Notes under the pieces: model-generated
Database searches by the model: none
What the model saw: the letters and a program-made list of their open reading frames with translations, nothing else
What the model was told of the DNA's origin: nothing
Part shown: piece by piece, positions 28,162-37,510 of the stretch
Numbering within the stretch: position 1 is the stretch's first letter
How the letters are laid out: every line of letters begins with the position of its first letter
Translations under genes and position numbers: made by a program
IMG/VR virus record: IMGVR_UViG_3300007512_002775
Location: 1-64,000 of that record
Reading direction: 5' to 3' (one strand)
Source of the DNA: a virus
DNA length: 64,000 bases

Positions 28162-30381
28162 CTATCTGCAAACATCCGAAAAAATATCATCTAAATAAGC
28201 TCTTATTTCAGCAGCGGTAATTGCAGGATGAAGATCGTAACATCTTGCCGCAATATCGGCAGGAGAACACCACTGCACGTGATATCGTCTAGGAACGATC
28301 GCAAATACTTCCAACTTATCATCAGCTTCACAATTACCGATGGTACATGGATCCAAAGCTGCATTGACATCGGCTGGAGTGTAGTTGTGAAACGTCTGGG
28401 CCGATTCATCACTCAACACTACCGCCATGGGCCACGCATCACCTCTAAAAGCGAGATTTAAATTATTTCTGCCTACATCCACTACAGCATCATATTGAGG
28501 CTCTTCATTGTTGAGATTGCAACTGAGGCCAGCTAAGGCATTAGCAAATGTCAAAGAATCCACCAAGTTTATCTCTACATCAGGAGGGGACCTCCACGGA
28601 TTAGAAGGGCTTGGAGTCCTCCCTGGAACATTCACTAGTGCAAATCTATGTGGTGTATTAGCAAATTCCAGTACATAAGGTTGAATGCCTTCACGCAGTG
28701 CTCTAATCTTATTGCACATAGAACCAGAGCGATCGATGGCAAACACCATGTCCACCTTCTCGTGGCTATCCAGATCCTCGTCAATATCTCCGTCGCAGTC
28801 ATTGTCGATCCCGTCACAGACCTCCTCTTCAGGCAAAGTCTGGCCTGCACAGAGAGCATCTATAAAAATACCATTAGACTCATTTCCCCACCGGCCCATC
28901 TGACACGTGAGCTGGCCTGGTTCGCATATGCCGATATTCACAGTCCCAGGGGGCCCAGTATAGCATTCAGCAAAAAGGCCTTCGTCAGTGGTTTGATCGC
29001 AGTCATCATCCCACGCGTTACAGACTTCTGGGCTCGGCGTGCCCAAAGTGGGGTCGCACTCCTCTTGCACTTGAGGTTCGTAAGCACATAACGCTTGGCA
29101 CTCCGTAAAAGCGGTCTCAGTGCAATCTGGGTTGGTGCATACACACTCCATGAATCCAGCCCCACACACCAAACGCGGATTGCTCTGGCACGGAAGCAGC
29201 ATTCCCAAGAATTCAGGAGGACACATGCACTGCAACTCTTCATCGACAAGCCCGTCGCAGTCGTTGTCCATGCCGTCACAGATTTCAGCTTGTGGCTGCG
29301 GAGCGTTGCAATTCACCCAATTGCCAGCATTGCACGTTTCGATCCCAGAACCACAGATGGTCTGGCACGGTTGGAACAGTTCTTCGTCGGTGGCACCGTC
29401 ACAATCGTTGTCTACTGCGTCGCACTCCTCGGTTTGAGGATATAGTGCATCTTCACACAGCAGGTCGGCTCCGGAACACATCAACATGCCATAATCGCAT
29501 ATGCCGGCATCAGTGAGTCCGCATTGATCTCCTTCGTATTCCGGGTGGTCATCAACGGTCCCGTCGCAGTCGTTGTCCAGACCGTCACAGACCTCTGTCG
29601 CTGGCAGTACTTCATGCATGCACCCAGACCACGCACCATTCTCACATAATTCGATACCCGTCTTGCATGGGGTATATGAATTCAGCGGACTAGCAAACAC
29701 TAGCCAATCTTGGGGAGTACCATCCGGGTCAGAGGGCCCAGACCAACACATTCTCTTGAGGCCTTCGTCTGTGTGAGCATCACAATTATTGTCCTTACCA
29801 TCGCACACTTCTGTATGAGGGCCAACGGCACCAAGACATCCTCCTGGCAACCACACGTCGTCTTCTGTTCCTCCGATGGTATCGTAGCCGTCATCGAAGA
29901 TACCCCACTGTGAGCCGCCAGTCGGAAGTGGGTGACAGATTTGTTTTCCGTACTTGCACTCTCCGTATAAGCGACCGACTTGAGTACTGTGCTCTTCTAT
30001 TGTTCCCAATTCTCGGCCTTCTTCGTCTAACCAGCAACTCCTCTCTGGTATCGCCCAGTCAATGGAATACTCCTTATCAGCCGGCCAGCACTCGCATCCT
30101 TCGTCCACTCCCGTGTCACCAAAACCACAATTGACCAAATCGCCGTTAGAATCCTGCTCCTCTAATGGTAATGCAAGACAATTGCAGTTATTATCTAAGC
30201 CGTCGCAAAGCTCCAGGATGGATTCATCAAATTCTGCGTGTGGGTTGTCTAATTTACAGGAAGTATCGGGTGGAAAATCAGATGTTGAAGACCCGAACCA
30301 ATTGACCAGTTCGTCCGTGCAGCTCATACAGACAATCGCTATTATCACGGATAATATGATTGCTGAACGCTTTTTGTGCAT
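28162..30381 (-). CDS. lipoprotein with myxobacterial-type E.CDG.DNDCDG repeats and C-terminal VWA domain
   Basis: lipobox CMSC; about seven E.C[DN]..D[ND][DN]C repeats; DMVFAIDRSGSM MIDAS, LSDE. Confidence 0.85.
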   Translation of the reverse strand: MHKKRSAIILSVIIAIVCMSCTDELVNWFGSSTSDFPPDTSCKLDNPHAEFDESILELCDGLDNNCNCLALPLEEQDSNGDLVNCGFGDTGVDEGCECWPADKEYSIDWAIPERSCWLDEEGRELGTIEEHSTQVGRLYGECKYGKQICHPLPTGGSQWGIFDDGYDTIGGTEDDVWLPGGCLGAVGPHTEVCDGKDNNCDAHTDEGLKRMCWSGPSDPDGTPQDWLVFASPLNSYTPCKTGIELCENGAWSGCMHEVLPATEVCDGLDNDCDGTVDDHPEYEGDQCGLTDAGICDYGMLMCSGADLLCEDALYPQTEECDAVDNDCDGATDEELFQPCQTICGSGIETCNAGNWVNCNAPQPQAEICDGMDNDCDGLVDEELQCMCPPEFLGMLLPCQSNPRLVCGAGFMECVCTNPDCTETAFTECQALCAYEPQVQEECDPTLGTPSPEVCNAWDDDCDQTTDEGLFAECYTGPPGTVNIGICEPGQLTCQMGRWGNESNGIFIDALCAGQTLPEEEVCDGIDNDCDGDIDEDLDSHEKVDMVFAIDRSGSMCNKIRALREGIQPYVLEFANTPHRFALVNVPGRTPSPSNPWRSPPDVEINLVDSLTFANALAGLSCNLNNEEPQYDAVVDVGRNNLNLAFRGDAWPMAVVLSDESAQTFHNYTPADVNAALDPCTIGNCEADDKLEVFAIVPRRYHVQWCSPADIAARCYDLHPAITAAEIRAYLDDIFSDVCR

Positions 30382-30390
30382 CAGAGTTTC

Positions 30391-30759
30391 CTACCTGCAC
30401 TGCTCCTCATTTATCATCGCCAGAACCAGCCGCTTGAGACTCTGGGTAGACAAGCGGCGGCTTTCATTAAGGGAAACCAGGGGTTCATCGATGGGAAACG
30501 AACGTGTTAAGGAAGTAGAGCTAAATTGATAGTCTTCAATTGGAGCTTCGAGGTCTTGGGCATTAGTGCGCAGCACTTCACTCTTGGTATGCAACACCAC
30601 TTTGTCTGCCAACAAATAGTCTAGTCCGTGATCCACCATCAGATCACGTGTAGACAACTGCTTAAGCGCATCTACCTCAGCAACCACCAAAGGTGCATTG
30701 TTAAGGGCTTTTATGACAGCTAATTCAAGGTCTACAGCTTCTGTGAGTTTTTTGCGCAT
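30391..30759 (-). CDS. tagged hypothetical protein
   Basis: LTEA...LNES..LSTQSLKRLVLAMINEE; CATATTTA at 30785-30792. Confidence 0.6.
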   Translation of the reverse strand: MRKKLTEAVDLELAVIKALNNAPLVVAEVDALKQLSTRDLMVDHGLDYLLADKVVLHTKSEVLRTNAQDLEAPIEDYQFSSTSLTRSFPIDEPLVSLNESRRLSTQSLKRLVLAMINEEQCR

Positions 30760-30872
30760 ACGTTTCGTGCCTCTATTTCAGTTTTAAATATGCAGGCACA
30801 CGTTGTTTTGATTTGTTTGTCGTAGCAAACTGATTTTAAACGCATATTTTGCAAACTACGCCGTAAAACCTA

Positions 30873-31571
30873 CTACTTCTTTTTACGGCGTTTGTTCTGG
30901 CCGTACTTCTTATGCCGTCGTTTGCGCTTTGATGAAGACTTGGTTTTCGGCCAAGAGGGTTTTGTCCGAAAACCTTTTTTTGGCTCTTCAGCAACTCTCT
31001 TGATTTTTTCTGTTTTATTTTTTTGGAGAGCTGCTCTCGTTTGCCGACGGATGCTAGTCTTAAGGGCACTCACTGCTAAGCGTCTTTTTGATGATGAGAG
31101 GCGATCCAGGTAAAGTTTTCCCACCAAATGATCGGTTTCATGTTGAACTATTCCAGAAAATGGGGCCGTTAATTGCACAATTCGAAGCTCGCCTGTTAAA
31201 TCTTGATACTCTAGCGTGATATTCTTGTGCCTTTCTACTTCAGCAGAATAGCCGGGGACGGATAAGCATGCTTCTTCCCATGAAAATTTTTCTTGACCGA
31301 TGAGATCAATTTTAGGATTAATGAGAACAATGGCCTCGGAGAGGATCGGATCTGTTTCTATAGTATCTGCTGTCGCAAAATCAGAAGCAATAACAACTAG
31401 CGATTTAGTAACTCCTATTTGAGTAGCAGCTAAACCGGCGCCGAACTCTACTTTCATCGAATCCAACATATCGTTGGCTAATTGAACAATAGAGCTATCT
31501 AAGGTAGTGACAGGCTCTGCCGAAAGGCTAAGACGCGGATCAGGCCACGTTAAGATGGTCCTCGCTGGCAA
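30873..31571 (-). CDS. def: peptide deformylase
   Basis: GAGLAATQIG, EACLSVP, QHETDHLVG; long basic C-terminal tail. Confidence 0.93.
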   Translation of the reverse strand: MPARTILTWPDPRLSLSAEPVTTLDSSIVQLANDMLDSMKVEFGAGLAATQIGVTKSLVVIASDFATADTIETDPILSEAIVLINPKIDLIGQEKFSWEEACLSVPGYSAEVERHKNITLEYQDLTGELRIVQLTAPFSGIVQHETDHLVGKLYLDRLSSSKRRLAVSALKTSIRRQTRAALQKNKTEKIKRVAEEPKKGFRTKPSWPKTKSSSKRKRRHKKYGQNKRRKKK

Positions 31572-31583
31572 AAAAAACTTCTC

Positions 31584-31832
31584 CTAGGCAACGTGCTCAA
31601 TGCAAAGTTCTTTCTCGAGAATATCTAGGGCTTGGTCAAAGTCTTGCACCTCTTCAGGTTTGAGTTTGGCCCTGATTTTGGCAGTACGCAAAGCAGCTTG
31701 AAAAGCTTTCGGATCAACCTTACTTTTAAATTCAGCTAATAATTGCTTTTTATCATCCTGCAGTAACTTAATTTCGTTTTCAATTCTAGAATATCGATCA
31801 AATAATTCATTGATCTCTTGATTAGTCGCCAT
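31584..31832 (-). CDS. GapR/DsbA-like small dsDNA-binding protein
   Basis: L..RY.RIE.EIK.L..D.K....E.K...DPKA....LR. Confidence 0.55.
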   Translation of the reverse strand: MATNQEINELFDRYSRIENEIKLLQDDKKQLLAEFKSKVDPKAFQAALRTAKIRAKLKPEEVQDFDQALDILEKELCIEHVA

Positions 31833-31835
31833 CTT

Positions 31836-32003
31836 TTATTTTTCCTCTCGCTTATGATAAAGTATTCCTACCCAACACCCCATTGCACATAACAGCTGAT
31901 ACCAGGCTAGTTTTTCTTGGCCCCTAAAAAGACTAATGGGAAAAAGTACCGTATTAATACAAACACATACAATGCATAAATCAAACACTAGCTTTTTAGT
32001 CAA
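31836..32003 (-). CDS. small membrane protein (55 aa)
   Basis: TTG start, two hydrophobic segments, fills the gap between genes; below track cutoff. Confidence 0.4.
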   Translation of the reverse strand: MTKKLVFDLCIVCVCINTVLFPISLFRGQEKLAWYQLLCAMGCWVGILYHKREEK

Positions 32004-32179
32004 AAGTCGCACTAGTATCCTTGACAGTCGGAATCAGTAAAAGCTCTCCCTGGACCAACACTACATCATAAACCGCTTCGCCTGTCATTTCAGACTTGTA
32101 AGAGGTGATGAGCAAACCCGAGGTAGGAGCATTTATTGTTTTCCTCCCATTTTCCTCGACTTTATAATAAAGCCCCGGC

Positions 32180-32434
32180 TTAACTGTCAACAACTTCTTG
32201 GGTTGTATCGATGATGACAAGATCGTCATATTCCTTCTGGGGCGGATCATCATTAGAAGGCTCTTCGACCTCTGGCTCTAAGCCTAGAACTTCTTGGATT
32301 TCCTCGACGGGCGGCGGGATGATCCGTTTAGACCTAAAAAGCTCCAGGGCCTCGCTCATCGTAGAAACCCCCCGTAAGAAGGCTGGAAGGGTCGTCCCTC
32401 TGCGGGCCTGTACATACCTCCATTGTTTCATCAT
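32180..32434 (-). CDS. hypothetical protein
   Basis: ATGA-coupled to the upstream gene. Confidence 0.55.
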   Translation of the reverse strand: MMKQWRYVQARRGTTLPAFLRGVSTMSEALELFRSKRIIPPPVEEIQEVLGLEPEVEEPSNDDPPQKEYDDLVIIDTTQEVVDS

Positions 32435-32724
32435 TTTCGTCTGACGTTGATGGAATTTAAAATATCTGCAATGCCAGCCTGAAATCTCGGGTCTTTAGCG
32501 GTCTTTTGGAGAACTTCTTCAGAGGTAGGCAGATCGTTAATTTGATGGACTGGTTTTGCAATCTTTTTCAGAGCCGACAAAAATACGTTTCGAGCGGTTG
32601 CATGATTCATCTTATGGCCGTTTTTAGTCATGACATTAGCGATAGTTCGGTAATCCTCTCCTCCGGCAAATGTCTTGTTCGTCGCATATCCATGCTCAGA
32701 CTTATATCCTTTAGGCATTGGCAT
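32431..32724 (-). CDS. HTH protein resembling sigma70 region 4.2
   Basis: DYRTIANVM...NHATARNVFLSALKKI; own AAGGAG RBS. Confidence 0.5.
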   Translation of the reverse strand: MPMPKGYKSEHGYATNKTFAGGEDYRTIANVMTKNGHKMNHATARNVFLSALKKIAKPVHQINDLPTSEEVLQKTAKDPRFQAGIADILNSINVRRK

Positions 32725-32745
32725 GTAACTTCTCCTTATGTTTTA

Positions 32746-33453
32746 TTATAGTTCTGGCTCTGAAATCCCAAATCTCAAGCGCAGAACAGTTTCTTCTCGA
32801 GGGGAAAGCTCTGAGAGAGCTTCGCGAATGACAGCGATCATCTTACAGCGGTCCAACTCATCGCCTGGGTCTCTTGCGTCGTCGTCTACCAACACTTCGT
32901 GCAAACGACGATCAGAATTAGGATCCGATTGAAAGGCTGAGCTGTCCAGGGAAATTACCGACGAAGCAGACTTTATTAATGCCTGCAGGGTCTTAGGGCT
33001 CGTGCCTAGAAGATCGGCCACTTCCTTTTGAGTGGGTTTAAATCCGAACTCCTCTTCGTATTCTTCGATGATATTTTTCATCTTCCACAGGGTGCCTTTC
33101 GCATAAGAAGGAAGATTGATGGTACTTCCATGAGAAGCTACATGCTGACGCACAGCCTGTTTGATCCACCAACAAGCATAGGTAGAAAACTTAAACCCTT
33201 TGCGCCAATCAAATCGATCTACTGCTTTGATGAGGCCCAAAGAAGATTCTTGAATAAGATCATCTAAATCGCACCCCTTTCCAGCATACTTCTTCGCAAT
33301 ATTAATTGCCAGACGAATATTCGCCCGAATCATATGATCCCGGGCACGCTGGTCCCCAGCCTCAATTCGCTTTGATAGCTCTACTTCCTCTTCTCTCGAA
33401 AGCAAAGCAGTCTTGCCCACTTCTTTAAAATAAGCCTTTAGATCAGATGCCAT
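32746..33453 (-). CDS. RNA polymerase sigma70-family factor lacking region 4.2
   Basis: Y.KEVG...LLSREEE, ANIRL...AKKY, DLIQE..LGL.KAVDRFD..KGFKFSTYACWWI, L.PRE..VLRLRFGI then stop. Confidence 0.9.
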   Translation of the reverse strand: MASDLKAYFKEVGKTALLSREEEVELSKRIEAGDQRARDHMIRANIRLAINIAKKYAGKGCDLDDLIQESSLGLIKAVDRFDWRKGFKFSTYACWWIKQAVRQHVASHGSTINLPSYAKGTLWKMKNIIEEYEEEFGFKPTQKEVADLLGTSPKTLQALIKSASSVISLDSSAFQSDPNSDRRLHEVLVDDDARDPGDELDRCKMIAVIREALSELSPREETVLRLRFGISEPEL

Positions 33454-33454
33454 T

Positions 33455-33703
33455 TTATCGCCTATCTCCTCGGGGCTGCCTATTGTGTTGGCTAAACTTG
33501 ATTTCTCTTCGCTGTCTCATTTGCCTCTCATGATCCAGGTAACAATACTCTACTTCATGAGCGTGAGTGTCTTGTCCTAGGTTCCTAGCTTCTCGAATCG
33601 TCCTTTTAACTCTAAAAATATGACGTTGCAATTCGTCGTTTGTCATACCTCCTACCTCGTCCAATGAAAAAGTAACTACATCAAAATCGAATTTCTTGCC
33701 CAT
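33455..33703 (-). CDS. hypothetical protein
   Basis: AGGAGG RBS; first gene after the promoter. Confidence 0.6.
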   Translation of the reverse strand: MGKKFDFDVVTFSLDEVGGMTNDELQRHIFRVKRTIREARNLGQDTHAHEVEYCYLDHERQMRQRREIKFSQHNRQPRGDRR

Positions 33704-33745
33704 CCTGTCCTCCTATACTAAGCAGATTCCAAGCAAGTTTCTACC

Positions 33746-33774
33746 ATTATAATACTCTTTAATAGCGATTTACA
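33746..33774 (-). promoter_or_regulatory. early promoter TGTAAA-N17-TATAAT
   Basis: repeated motif upstream of the sigma operon. Confidence 0.75.
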
Positions 33775-33785
33775 CCCCAATTGCA

Positions 33786-35414
33786 TCATAAAGTTTCAAT
33801 AAGTCCCAAATCAGAGACTGTTTCCTCACTGTAACAGATGGCACACCCTATGAGTAGCACATTACAGGCCACTGAGACCGCGTGTTGTAACGCAGAATGA
33901 ACCACAAGATGCGGATCAATAATCTTAAGGTCAATCATGTTACCAAAGCTATCTTGTGCTGCATCGTATCCCACGCCCTGCTTGTTTCGATGAACCTTTC
34001 TCACAACCATTTCCGGGATTCCTCCGGCGTTCTCTACAATTTGCCTCAAAGGAGCCGAGCATGCCTTGAGCAGCGCCTCATAACCCATCCTATAAGACTC
34101 AGATTCACACTTTTTAACTCGACATTTCGAAGCCGCACAGACTAAAGCAGTGCCTCCACCGGGTTGAATGCCCTCTTTTCTTGCAGCGCGCGCCGAATGG
34201 AGGGCATCGTCTATTCGATCTCGACGCTCCATCATTTCTCCCTCCGTCGCTCCGCCCACCCTGATGATGCCAATACCCTCAGACAACCTCCTCAGTCGTC
34301 GATTCGCTACATCCACCTCAAGTTGAGACGATGAGGGATCTTCTAAAATGGCCTTAATCGATACGATTCTTTCGTCGACTTTTTGGGCATCTCTTTTGTT
34401 TTTAGTTCCTATCAGGACTGTGCCATTTTTATTAATTACAACCTTGTCCGCATAACCAAGAAAATCGCTTACATCTTGACGTTCCATCAAACCGTCATCA
34501 ATCGCTAGCACTTCTGCTCCGCATAAAGCTGCAATGTCTTGAAGCGCTATCGTCCTAGCATTCCCAAACTCAGGAGCTTTAATGGCACAAACACAGAGTG
34601 TCCCCTTCATGCGATTCAATACTAAGGTCTGTAAGGCTTCACTAGCTACATCATTGGCAACAATGAGAAGTGCGCTGTTGGTATTGGCTGCATACTCCAG
34701 TGCTGGAAGGATAGACTTAGCTGTGTTGAGCGTTTGGTTGTAAACCAATATGGCTACTCGCTCCAACTCTGCCAAGCCTTTCGCTTGATCAGTCACAAAG
34801 TATGGACTGAGGAACCCTCTATCTATAACAGCTCCTTCCACTATTTCCAAGGAAGTATCGAATCCTTTCGCTTGTTCTACTGAGATGGCGCCGTCGTCTC
34901 CTACGGCGTCTAGCGCTTCAGCGATCAATTCTCCGATTGTAACTTCTCCATTAGCAGAAATAGTTGCCACACTAATGAGATCATCCCGGCCGTCAACACC
35001 CAACCTCGTTTGGTCTAACGCGCTTAAAACATCTAGCGACGCAGCTTCTATTCCAGCACAGAGCTGCCTAACATCAACATCAGTAAGAAGGAGTCGCGCG
35101 CCCTCGTGCAAGATAGCTTGTGCCAAGACTGTTGCAGTAGTGGTACCATCCCCAGCGACTTCAGCAGATCTTTGAGCTGCCTCCTTTACTAGTTGGGCAC
35201 CCAAGTTCTCGAAGGGATCCAACAGCGATATCGCATTAGCCACAGACACGCCATCCTTAGTGAGGTGCGGAGGTGCCCCAGGCCGAAAAATAGCAACATT
35301 TTTTCCTTTGGGCCCTAAAGTAACTTTGACTGCATTGGCCAAAGTATCAACCCCACGGATAATCTTACTCCTAGCTTCAGAATCAAATTTTACATCGGTT
35401 ACATCGTGAATCAT
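33786..35414 (-). CDS. groEL: GroEL-like chaperonin
   Basis: AVKVTLGPKG, TKDGVSVA, AGDGTTTATVLA, RGFLSPYF, VGGATE, IIDP; no GGM tail. Confidence 0.95.
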   Translation of the reverse strand: MIHDVTDVKFDSEARSKIIRGVDTLANAVKVTLGPKGKNVAIFRPGAPPHLTKDGVSVANAISLLDPFENLGAQLVKEAAQRSAEVAGDGTTTATVLAQAILHEGARLLLTDVDVRQLCAGIEAASLDVLSALDQTRLGVDGRDDLISVATISANGEVTIGELIAEALDAVGDDGAISVEQAKGFDTSLEIVEGAVIDRGFLSPYFVTDQAKGLAELERVAILVYNQTLNTAKSILPALEYAANTNSALLIVANDVASEALQTLVLNRMKGTLCVCAIKAPEFGNARTIALQDIAALCGAEVLAIDDGLMERQDVSDFLGYADKVVINKNGTVLIGTKNKRDAQKVDERIVSIKAILEDPSSSQLEVDVANRRLRRLSEGIGIIRVGGATEGEMMERRDRIDDALHSARAARKEGIQPGGGTALVCAASKCRVKKCESESYRMGYEALLKACSAPLRQIVENAGGIPEMVVRKVHRNKQGVGYDAAQDSFGNMIDLKIIDPHLVVHSALQHAVSVACNVLLIGCAICYSEETVSDLGLIETL

Positions 35415-35605
35415 CCTTTGAGGATTCTCTTATTGGATTCAGTAATGAGATCTGCCTCTCCGACCACTCGACGCTCATTAGTCACTGCATTTTCAGCGAT
35501 AACTAAATCTCCTGTAACAAAAGCGACCTCCTGCTCAGATAACAATCCTTTTTCGCGAAGGATCCCCAGTTGTTGAGGCGTCAATATTTGCTTGAAGCTT
35601 GTCAT
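35411..35605 (-). CDS. small hypothetical protein
   Basis: 64 aa, coupled to groEL; LLSEQ and LITES motifs. Confidence 0.6.
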   Translation of the reverse strand: MTSFKQILTPQQLGILREKGLLSEQEVAFVTGDLVIAENAVTNERRVVGEADLITESNKRILKG

Positions 35606-36392
35606 TTAAAATCTCCATAGTTGTTTTCCATTTTATCCACGCTTTACCAATTATGCTTTTAAATCGGTATTCCGTAAATGTGCTTTTGACGGTGGCCTCG
35701 TTAAATCTATTTGTTACAATTTCCCACAGGGCACAGTCAGGCTGGATGTCTGCTAAACGGATTTGGGCTTTGGCAGACTCAAAAATATCTCTGCGCGCAG
35801 TGTCCGCATCTAAAAATTGCCTAAGAATGTCCAAGTCCTCGCAAAGAGAAAATGCTCTCTTTGCGCCGATCCCACGAATTCCCTTGACATTGTCTGCTGG
35901 ATCTCCCTTTAGGGCTTTCCATGTGACATAATCTACGGGCCACTTCTCGATAAATTTTTTCTTTATCGGATTCCATAGAGAAATATTGCCTTTTTCTAAC
36001 AGTTGAATGAAATCTGTATCAGAGGAGAGAATAACAATATCATCCTCAGAGCTAAGAGCCTCACAGAGGTAACCGATCACATCATCGCACTCATAATTAG
36101 GGTGGCGAATAAAAATGAATGGAAATTTTTCGCTCAATTCGAATATTTCTCTTTTTTGCCGCAAAAATGCTTCATCGACTTCTGAGGGCCGATGAGCTTT
36201 GTAATCCTCGTTTAACGCTAAACGGTGCCGCGGATGGCCTTCTGATACTAGGTAAACCAGATCTGGGGAGTGACGATCTATTTCGGATTTCACCGATCGG
36301 AAGAAATTAAAAACCGTAGAATACTCTCCTGAACCAAAGCTATGACGCGCACGATGAATCATGTTGTAAGCATCAATTATCAGAATTTTCAT
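35535..36392 (-). CDS. 5'-3' exonuclease / flap endonuclease (T4 RNase H-like)
   Basis: IIDAYN, YKAHR, YECDD, SSDTDF.QL, GDPADNVKGIRGIG. Confidence 0.92.
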   Translation of the reverse strand: MKILIIDAYNMIHRARHSFGSGEYSTVFNFFRSVKSEIDRHSPDLVYLVSEGHPRHRLALNEDYKAHRPSEVDEAFLRQKREIFELSEKFPFIFIRHPNYECDDVIGYLCEALSSEDDIVILSSDTDFIQLLEKGNISLWNPIKKKFIEKWPVDYVTWKALKGDPADNVKGIRGIGAKRAFSLCEDLDILRQFLDADTARRDIFESAKAQIRLADIQPDCALWEIVTNRFNEATVKSTFTEYRFKSIIGKAWIKWKTTMEILNDKLQANIDASTTGDPSRKRIVI

Positions 36393-36795
36393 TCAAGTAC
36401 TCCTCGGGAACTTTCACGTTAACTTTTGCCAACTGGCCATCAGGAAGCACCACTTGAGTAAAGCCCTCTTGAGAAGAAATGTCATCTAAAGAATTTGGGG
36501 TGCCTACGGTACCGAACGCCTCATTGGCAAACTGTTGGGCTTGGGTGATGCCGGCATCTATCATTTGTTCTGCGCGTGCCATTAAATGTTTCCTTACATC
36601 ATCAAGCTGCAAAAAATATAATGCGCCTAATTTTTCTAAAACGGCCGGCTTCCTATTAGGAAATTCAATCTTATGGGTAGTGGTTTCTCCATCTAGAGTT
36701 CTGCTCACTATCTGTTCATTGACACGCGCTGGAAGTACGATTTTTTCTTTCGAATCAATAATGTAGATAACAGTTCCCACCTCAATTTGCATCAA
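36373..36795 (-). CDS. hypothetical protein
   Basis: 140-aa ORF in operon. Confidence 0.6.
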   Translation of the reverse strand: MMQIEVGTVIYIIDSKEKIVLPARVNEQIVSRTLDGETTTHKIEFPNRKPAVLEKLGALYFLQLDDVRKHLMARAEQMIDAGITQAQQFANEAFGTVGTPNSLDDISSQEGFTQVVLPDGQLAKVNVKVPEEYLNENSDN

Positions 36796-37444
36796 GGGCC
36801 TCCGGGACGTACGTATAAGACGCAGGAGCGGCTTTCCAATAGTCCAATCTTTTTTGGAGCCTACAACGTTGTTTAGGAGTCAGGGAGCGCTTGGTCATAG
36901 CTGCCCGAATAGTCTTTAAATGCTTCTCTCTGTTGTTCTGGGCTTGCCCTACTAAAACTCTGCATTTTTTCATGCCTTTGTGCTTATACATCGCTACTTT
37001 CCCACGAGAACCGTTAGAAAGTGGTCGAAAGTCATCGACAGTTAAATTTTCAAAGTGGAGTACCACAAATTTTTCGAAATTATCGTCTGCTACAACATAC
37101 AAATAATCGAGTGATTCCTTTTGGAGAAGAGTCTCGTAATCTGAATGGAAACTAATGGCACCGCTTTGATGACGGCTCGTTAACTTACACTCCAGCTCTT
37201 TATCCAAGCCTCCGATAACAATGTCTGCTTGGCCTGTTCGGCCGTCATAAGTCACACCTTCTTGGGCACGAGATATAACGTCGGCAAAGAATTTCTCATG
37301 CGCTTGGGACATCACAATATTTCTGCGGCCCAAATTCTGCATTAAATCAAATCCATGCTTGGAAAATAATTCACTACATTCTGCGTGGAAGGTGCGCATC
37401 TGGCGCAATGCATCAATAGACTGTTCTCGACTCAAATATGACAT
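36782..37444 (-). CDS. PD-(D/E)XK nuclease-like protein
   Basis: E.FF...ADIV......ELECKLT. Confidence 0.5.
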   Translation of the reverse strand: MSYLSREQSIDALRQMRTFHAECSELFSKHGFDLMQNLGRRNIVMSQAHEKFFADVISRAQEGVTYDGRTGQADIVIGGLDKELECKLTSRHQSGAISFHSDYETLLQKESLDYLYVVADDNFEKFVVLHFENLTVDDFRPLSNGSRGKVAMYKHKGMKKCRVLVGQAQNNREKHLKTIRAAMTKRSLTPKQRCRLQKRLDYWKAAPASYTYVPEALDAN

Positions 37445-37477
37445 AAAACTAATTCCTCCGACATGTATTTCGTTAAT

Positions 37478-37505
37478 ATTATAACATGTCAGGAACTTAT
37501 TTACA
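37478..37505 (-). promoter_or_regulatory. early promoter TGTAAA-N16-TATAAT
   Basis: repeated motif with extended -10 TG. Confidence 0.75.
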
Positions 37506-37510
37506 CCATT

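Noticed and set aside
28770-30210. Recurring similar DNA segments resembling a repeat array
   Set aside because: These are protein-level Cys repeats within one ORF, with no identical direct repeats or spacers.
32725-32748. Frameshift or sequencing error splitting the sigma factor
   Set aside because: The downstream ORF has its own strong RBS and a non-sigma N-terminal segment, so it looks like a genuine separate gene. Read data are still needed.
35411-35605. GroES candidate next to groEL
   Set aside because: Too short and lacks the PLxDRV and mobile-loop motifs.
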